A DNA stretch of 52,065 nucleotides from an uncultured Clostridia bacterium (GTDB taxonomy: Bacteria; Bacillota; Clostridia; Christensenellales; Borkfalkiaceae), in assembly GCA_944353935.1 (NCBI GenBank), contig CALVPV010000001.1:1-52065 (forward strand). The letters are read 5' to 3'. How positions within the stretch are numbered: position 1 is the first letter of the stretch; each line of letters starts with the position of its first letter. The notes under the pieces were generated by a model that worked only from the letters and a program-made list of their open reading frames with translations, was not told where the DNA came from and did no database searches. Below, in pieces: positions 47,533 through 52,065 of the stretch. Position numbers and translations under genes: made by a program.

Positions 47533-48722
47533 TGCTTTGCCTCCTTTAAAAGAGTGAACGAACCGCAGACGGCAACGACTTCGCCGTCTGCATTTTCCAT
47601 TGCTTCGCCTACGCTTGCCGCCCCGCGCGCCGACGGGAATGCCGAACGGCAGGCGGCGAATATCTTTTCGTATTCCATCGCCCTGTACCCCGAAGGCTGC
47701 ACGGCGACGACGTTCTCCGCACACCTGCCGAGCATGCCGAGCGAGGATGTGATGTCCTTGTCGCTCAGGCACCCGTATATGAGCGTCCGCCTTTTGCCTG
47801 CATACCTTTTGAGCCTTTCAGAAAGCGGGATAAAACTTTCCGGATTGTGCGCGCCGTCGAGTATATATATTTTGCCGCCCGATTCTATCTGCTGCACCCT
47901 TCCCGGAAGAAAAGCCGCGGCTATGCCCGCGCGGACGGCATCACCGTCCAATCCGATGAGCCGCGCCCCCTCTATTGCAAGGGCGGCGTTATACGGCTGG
48001 CGGCAGCCGAGCATCTTTGTAAAATAGCGCCTTCCTTCAAGCGAAAAGAAAGTCCCTTCGTCCCCCTCCTCTATATCGCAGGGGCAGGCGCACAGCGACG
48101 CCCCCTTGCCGTAAAAGATGTGGCGCACCTCCTGCGGCACGCACTGCGAAATGACGGAGGGACAGCCGGAGATTATACCCGCCTTGTGGGCGGCAATCTC
48201 TTCGAGCGTATTGCCGAGGTATGCGGTGTGTTCCCGCGAGACGGAAGTTATGAGCGCGAGCACCTTTTTTTGAGCCGCGTTGGTCGTATCCAAAAGCCCG
48301 CCCATGCAGCACTCTATCACCGCGTATTCGCAGCCTTCGCCGGCAAACATCGCAAAAGCCGCCGCGGTCTGCCGCTCGTACGCGGTGGGCGCATCCCCCA
48401 TTCCGTCTGCTGCCGCCTGCACGTTTTTAAGGTATTTTTCGCACAACAGGATGTCCTGCCTGCCGTTGACGCGGAACTGCTCTTCAAAGCAAAAGACTTC
48501 CGGCGTGGTATAGGTGCCCACGGTTTTGCCGGCGGCAAGCAGTACGGAGGTGAGATATTCGCACACCGAACCCTTGCCGTTTGTGCCTGCCACATGGACG
48601 ATCTTCAACTTTTTATCCGGGCTGCCCATCCTGTCCAACAGTTCGCGCGTGCGCTCCGTGCCGAACTTCATCCCCGCGCTGCGCATGTTTACTATATTAT
48701 TGACAACTTTTTGTGAATCCAT
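47511..48722 (-). CDS. folC: Folylpolyglutamate synthase / dihydrofolate synthase
   Basis: Mur-ligase P-loop HVAGTNGKGSV. The start is uncertain (ATG at 48722 with GGAG, or GTG at 48740). Confidence 0.88.
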   Translation of the reverse strand: MDSQKVVNNIVNMRSAGMKFGTERTRELLDRMGSPDKKLKIVHVAGTNGKGSVCEYLTSVLLAAGKTVGTYTTPEVFCFEEQFRVNGRQDILLCEKYLKNVQAAADGMGDAPTAYERQTAAAFAMFAGEGCEYAVIECCMGGLLDTTNAAQKKVLALITSVSREHTAYLGNTLEEIAAHKAGIISGCPSVISQCVPQEVRHIFYGKGASLCACPCDIEEGDEGTFFSLEGRRYFTKMLGCRQPYNAALAIEGARLIGLDGDAVRAGIAAAFLPGRVQQIESGGKIYILDGAHNPESFIPLSERLKRYAGKRRTLIYGCLSDKDITSSLGMLGRCAENVVAVQPSGYRAMEYEKIFAACRSAFPSARGAASVGEAMENADGEVVAVCGSFTLLKEAKQWIGKGL

Positions 48723-48755
48723 AAAAAAAGAACTCCGCACTGTTTTCCGGCGTCC

Positions 48756-48788
48756 TTAAAAAGCAAAAGGGCGCAAAATAAGGCGCCC
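48756..48788 (-). terminator. Expression-platform terminator of the THF riboswitch
   Basis: Minus strand reads GGGCGCCTTATTTTGCGCCC followed by TTTTGCTTTTT, located between the aptamer and folC. Confidence 0.7.
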
Positions 48789-48799
48789 TAAATAAACTT

Positions 48800-48885
48800 G
48801 ATCCCGGGACGCGCACAGCCACCGCAGGTCTGACCTTTCGTTTGCCGACTGTCCTATCGGCAACACTTAACGCGCCTGTGCAATT
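48800..48885 (-). promoter_or_regulatory. THF (tetrahydrofolate) riboswitch aptamer
   Basis: Minus strand reads CACAGGCGCGUUAAGUG-UUGCCGAUAGGACAGUCGGCAA-ACGAAAGG..CCUGCGGUGGCUGUGCGCGUCCCGG. It matches the conserved CGCGUUAAGUG / ACGAA / GCGGUG blocks. The loop GGAC is complementary to the 3' GUCC, which fits the pseudoknot of the E. siraeum THF aptamer. Confidence 0.8.
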
Positions 48886-48896
48886 TGTTTTTATGA

Positions 48897-48925
48897 ATTA
48901 TATCACCATATGCGCGATTTTGCAA
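48897..48925 (-). promoter_or_regulatory. Predicted promoter of the riboswitch-fol operon
   Basis: Minus strand reads TTGCAA-17 nt-TATAAT, ending about 15 nt before the aptamer. Confidence 0.55.
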
Positions 48926-48959
48926 GAATATTGAAAGGGTTTTTGCCGATACTTATTGT

Positions 48960-49631
48960 ATGGCGCTTATTTTTGTGAGGACGGCTATAATTTTTATAAC
49001 ATTGCTCGCGGTCATGAGGCTGATGGGCAAGAGCCAAATAGGCGAAATGCAGCCGTTTGAATTTATAATAACGCTGCTCATCGCCGAGCTTGCCTGCATA
49101 CCTATGGCGGACTCCACCATCCCCCTGCTGTACGGCGTGGTTTCCATAGCGGCGATGTTCATACTGCACCAGACGGTGTGGCTGCTCGATCTGTGGTTCA
49201 GGCCTATGAAAGCCGTGATATGCGGAAGGCCGTCCCTTGTGATAACGCGCGACGGCATAGACGAATACCAGCTTAAAAAGAACAACCTTGACGTGAGCGA
49301 CCTTATAGAGAGCATGCGCGCGGCGGGGTACTTCAGCCTTGACGACGTCTACTACGGGCTGTATGAAGCCAACGGGAGTTTTTCCGCGCTGGAAAAGGAG
49401 CAGAAGACCTGTTCGCTCGCCGTTACTCTGATAGACGGAGGCAGGCTCAACGCACACAACCTTGCGACCTGCGGGATAGACAGGCAGCAACTGGACGGCT
49501 TTTTGAAGGAACAGGGCGCCCCGTTGAAAAAAGTGTTGGTGATGACCGTGGACGGCAACGGCAGGGTGTACTTTCAAAAAAAAGGCGGGCGATATAAAAT
49601 ATTTTATTTAGAGGCAAAAAACAGATGGTGA
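48960..49631 (+). CDS. DUF421 (YetF-like) membrane protein
   Basis: 223 aa. RTAIIFITLLAVMRLMGKSQIGEMQPFEFIITLLIAEL is the typical YetF N-terminal signature. Confidence 0.8.
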   Translation: MALIFVRTAIIFITLLAVMRLMGKSQIGEMQPFEFIITLLIAELACIPMADSTIPLLYGVVSIAAMFILHQTVWLLDLWFRPMKAVICGRPSLVITRDGIDEYQLKKNNLDVSDLIESMRAAGYFSLDDVYYGLYEANGSFSALEKEQKTCSLAVTLIDGGRLNAHNLATCGIDRQQLDGFLKEQGAPLKKVLVMTVDGNGRVYFQKKGGRYKIFYLEAKNRW

Positions 49632-50002
49632 GATCGATAGTCCTCACGGTGGCAGCAATAGCCGTATGCGCGGGCTTTTTTGTGTTTGTGGATATGTACC
49701 TTGAAAGGCAGTTCGACGAATTTTACAATGCCGTGGATACCCTTTACGAAAAGACCGAAAACAAAACGGCAAACCGCGGCGATGCCGACGCCGTGTGCAC
49801 GATGTGGAAACAAAAGCGCAGCCGCCTGCACATCTTTATCCCTCACAACGACATCGCCTATGTGGATTACAGGCTGAACGAGGCGCTCTCGCTGATATAC
49901 ACGAACGACTACGCGCCCGCGCTTGCAAACCTTGAAATAGTGCGCAGCATGGCAAAGTCCCTGCCCGACAATTACAGCCTTAAACTTGAAAACATATTTT
50001 AA
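49625..50002 (+). CDS. DUF4363-like small membrane-anchored protein
   Basis: 125 aa with an N-terminal TM followed by a helical region. It overlaps the DUF421 gene by 7 nt, the usual DUF421-DUF4363 pairing in Clostridia as I recall it. Confidence 0.6.
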   Translation: MVRSIVLTVAAIAVCAGFFVFVDMYLERQFDEFYNAVDTLYEKTENKTANRGDADAVCTMWKQKRSRLHIFIPHNDIAYVDYRLNEALSLIYTNDYAPALANLEIVRSMAKSLPDNYSLKLENIF

Positions 50003-50060
50003 ATTTTTTGCCGTTACGGCAACGGGCGCGCCGGGTAAAAGAGCGGCGCGCCCGTTAAGT

Positions 50061-50399
50061 TCATTCGTATTCGTCGTAACTGCGCCGCTGGCCGTGCGAC
50101 GGGCCGCACATCTCGGCGGGAGCCATCCCCTTGCCCTTTTTGCGGCAGCGGGGTTTTTCGCCCGGAGGAGCAAGTTCCACATCCGTGATGATGACGTCTT
50201 CGCCTATGCGCACGACAGACTGTACCGGCACGAATATGTCCGGCCGTGTAAGGCGGAAGCCCTTGCAACCCGTGACATAAAATCCGCACACCCTGCCTTC
50301 GGGAAAGGAAAAGACGAGATCGCACACCTTGCCCAGATTCCTCCCGTCCTTTACGCACACGACGTCCATCTGTTTTAGTTCGGTATAAGAAAATTCCAA
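50061..50399 (-). CDS. ylmC: YlmC/YmxH-family (PRC-barrel) sporulation protein
   Basis: I prefer the TTG at 50399, 4 nt after GGGAGGTG. The sequence FSYTELKQMDVVCVKDGRNLGKVCDLVFSFPEGRVCGFYV fits YlmC, with an extra C-terminal tail of about 30 aa. Confidence 0.7.
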   Translation of the reverse strand: MEFSYTELKQMDVVCVKDGRNLGKVCDLVFSFPEGRVCGFYVTGCKGFRLTRPDIFVPVQSVVRIGEDVIITDVELAPPGEKPRCRKKGKGMAPAEMCGPSHGQRRSYDEYE

Positions 50400-50571
50400 A
50401 AGACACCTCCCGCCGCGCGCCGCACAGTGCCGGCGCGGCGACAATGCGGCATTGCGCCCTGCGGGCGCGCCGCACCATACATAATATGCGGCGAAAAATT
50501 TTTTTGTTCCAATTTTATAACCGCAACGAGAGCATCCCTTTAAATTTTGCGTGTCCGCAACCCGGAACCAT

Positions 50572-50605
50572 ATATAGAAAAGGCCTGCCGCAAAAGCGGC
50601 AGGCC
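50572..50605 (-). terminator. Intrinsic terminator after cvpA
   Basis: Minus strand reads GGCCTGCCGCTTTTGCGGCAGGCC followed by TTTTCTATAT. Confidence 0.7.
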
Positions 50606-50618
50606 GAAAATATAACCC

Positions 50619-51170
50619 TTACTTTTCAAATATGGCTTTGAGGGGATTGTTTGCAAACAGATCGTCCAGCTTGAATATACTGTCTTTGAGCTCCGAAGCA
50701 AAATTCGCCGCGGTATCGCCGCCTATCCACGCCACTATCTGGAACACGATGAGCAAGATGGCAAGCGCAACGGCAAAGAAGAACGCCGCGCCGAGTATCT
50801 TGTTTATTATTTTAAACAGGATGTTGTCTATCTCTACAATGCCCTTTATAATCTTTACAATTATTATCCTAAGTATCTGGACGATGATGAACAGAACGAT
50901 GGCGAGCAGTATCCTGTCCGTATGGATATCGGCAAAGAACGTGCCGACGTCGCCGCTGTCCTTGAGCCAGTCGTTGAACTTATCCAAAAGATTGCGCACG
51001 GCATCCCAATCAAGGACAAAGCCGAATATGAGATAGCATACGAATACAGATATAATGATACCGAAGATGCCGCTCGTGAAAAATTTAAGCCCCTTTCCAA
51101 AGCCGACCATGGCGCCGATAAGGACAAAAAGTATACACCCGACAAGAACGATAATGTCAGCCGTAATCAT
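50619..51170 (-). CDS. cvpA: CvpA-family membrane protein
   Basis: 183 aa with 4 TM segments. N-terminus MITADIIVLVGCILFVLIGAMVGFGKGLKFF is typical of colicin V production protein homologues. Confidence 0.75.
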   Translation of the reverse strand: MITADIIVLVGCILFVLIGAMVGFGKGLKFFTSGIFGIIISVFVCYLIFGFVLDWDAVRNLLDKFNDWLKDSGDVGTFFADIHTDRILLAIVLFIIVQILRIIIVKIIKGIVEIDNILFKIINKILGAAFFFAVALAILLIVFQIVAWIGGDTAANFASELKDSIFKLDDLFANNPLKAIFEK

Positions 51171-51372
51171 GTATGTTTTGACCTCCGAATTATTTGACGG
51201 TTATATTATAACATTAAAATGCCGCCAATGCAATGGTAAATCGTGCAATTTTTACACAAAAAATGATAAAAATTCCACAAAGCAAACGGCAGCGTTTTAA
51301 AAGACGCCGCAAAGCCCGTAACGGCATGCCGGTTATTGACACAAGGGACGGTTTTTATTCGGGCATGCGCCC

Positions 51373-52065
51373 TTATTTTGCGCGCACGTAAACTATGCCC
51401 GCCGCACGCGGACCGATATGAGTGCCTATCACGGGGCAGATATTGAACATCTCTTCCCCCTCGCGCCCGGTCATTGAGGCGAGTTTTTGGCAGTTTGCGC
51501 TGTCCATGCAGTATATTCCGCGCACGGCAAACGATTCGTCCTTTTTATCTTCGGCATAGCGCGAAGCGATGTACTTCAGCGCCGTGTTCATGCCTATGCT
51601 CTTGTGGATGAGCTCCACTTTACCGTCCTGCCCGAGCGTTATTACGGGCTTGATCTTGAGCATGCTGCCCACGGTCGCCACCGCCCTGTTTATCCTGCCG
51701 CCCCTCTTTAAATATTCCAACGTATCGAGCGCGGCGAGCAGGACTATCCTGGGGCGAAGCTCGTCGAGCGCGGCGATCACCTCTTCCGCCGGCCTTTCGC
51801 GCAGGCGAACAGCCTCTTTTACGAGTATGCGGAGCATGTACGTGGTGCACTTTCCGTCATACACGCGTATCCCGCCATAGCCCGATTCACGCGCGGCGCG
51901 CACCGCCCAGTCATAGGAGCCGGACAGCGCCGAAGCGATGGGAATGACGAGCACCTCGTCCCCCTTTGCCGCCGCATCGGAAAACACTCCCGTAAGGACA
52001 TCGAAATTGAGCTGCGAAGTCCTGGGGAATTCCGTAGACGATACAAGTTTTTTGTAGAACTGTTC
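51373..52065 (-). CDS. DegV-family fatty-acid-binding protein (C-terminal ~230 aa; the start lies beyond the right edge)
   Basis: The frame is open to the window edge (..EQFYKKLVSSTEFPRTSQLNF..). Motifs: SALSGSY, LDTLEYLKRGGRI and THIGPRAAG. Confidence 0.85.
   Translation of the reverse strand, partial: EQFYKKLVSSTEFPRTSQLNFDVLTGVFSDAAAKGDEVLVIPIASALSGSYDWAVRAARESGYGGIRVYDGKCTTYMLRILVKEAVRLRERPAEEVIAALDELRPRIVLLAALDTLEYLKRGGRINRAVATVGSMLKIKPVITLGQDGKVELIHKSIGMNTALKYIASRYAEDKKDESFAVRGIYCMDSANCQKLASMTGREGEEMFNICPVIGTHIGPRAAGIVYVRAK

Noticed and set aside
47533-47772. 80-aa Arg-rich N-terminal extension of the folE ORF in the ORF track. Similar extensions occur at 9836-9883, 12047-12187, 18423-18623, 28907-28978 and 46991-47089.
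   Set aside because: These extensions overlap the upstream gene or promoter, have nonsense-like composition, and an internal ATG with a good SD gives the canonical N-terminus of each family.

Overview
This window looks like 52 kb of a moderately GC-rich Firmicutes chromosome, Clostridia-like and probably spore-forming. I call about 43 CDS, 38 of them on the minus strand, tightly packed with several ATGA or short overlaps. Most of it is housekeeping: an Opp-type ABC importer, lysC, cdaA, holA, comEC, helD, guaB-guaA, lepA-hemW, maf plus an mreB-like gene, ppx, a folC-folE-folP-folB/K operon behind a clear THF riboswitch, DUF421/DUF4363, ylmC, cvpA and degV. Five parts look accessory or unusual. 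(1) A surface-protein cluster sits upstream of the ABC importer: a 1,292-aa BspA-type LRR lipoprotein, an 87-aa membrane protein and a 451-aa repeat lipoprotein. The importer's own binding protein is oversized at 939 aa. (2) An AT-rich 1.3-kb gap holds two stand-alone tRNA genes with non-canonical features, a Pro-like tRNA with anticodon AGG and a tRNA-Gly(CCC) with C55. It also holds a 130-nt segment bracketed by duplicated terminator hairpins. (3) A BclA-like collagen-repeat protein lies next to a GT2-TPR glycosyltransferase. (4) A stand-alone 1,875-aa helicase-nuclease (DUF4011 / Upf1-like SF1 / Vsr-like fold / DUF3320-like) resembles the Hhe type of anti-phage gene. It has an unassigned N-terminal module, lies next to helD, and is my top candidate for a poorly understood system. 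(5) cdaA is translationally coupled to a 36-aa TM mini-ORF in the position where CdaR normally sits. I found no CRISPR array, transposase, integrase or prophage genes. All family names come from reading motifs by eye; no searches were run, and start codons are often uncertain because the ORF track uses GTG/TTG starts.
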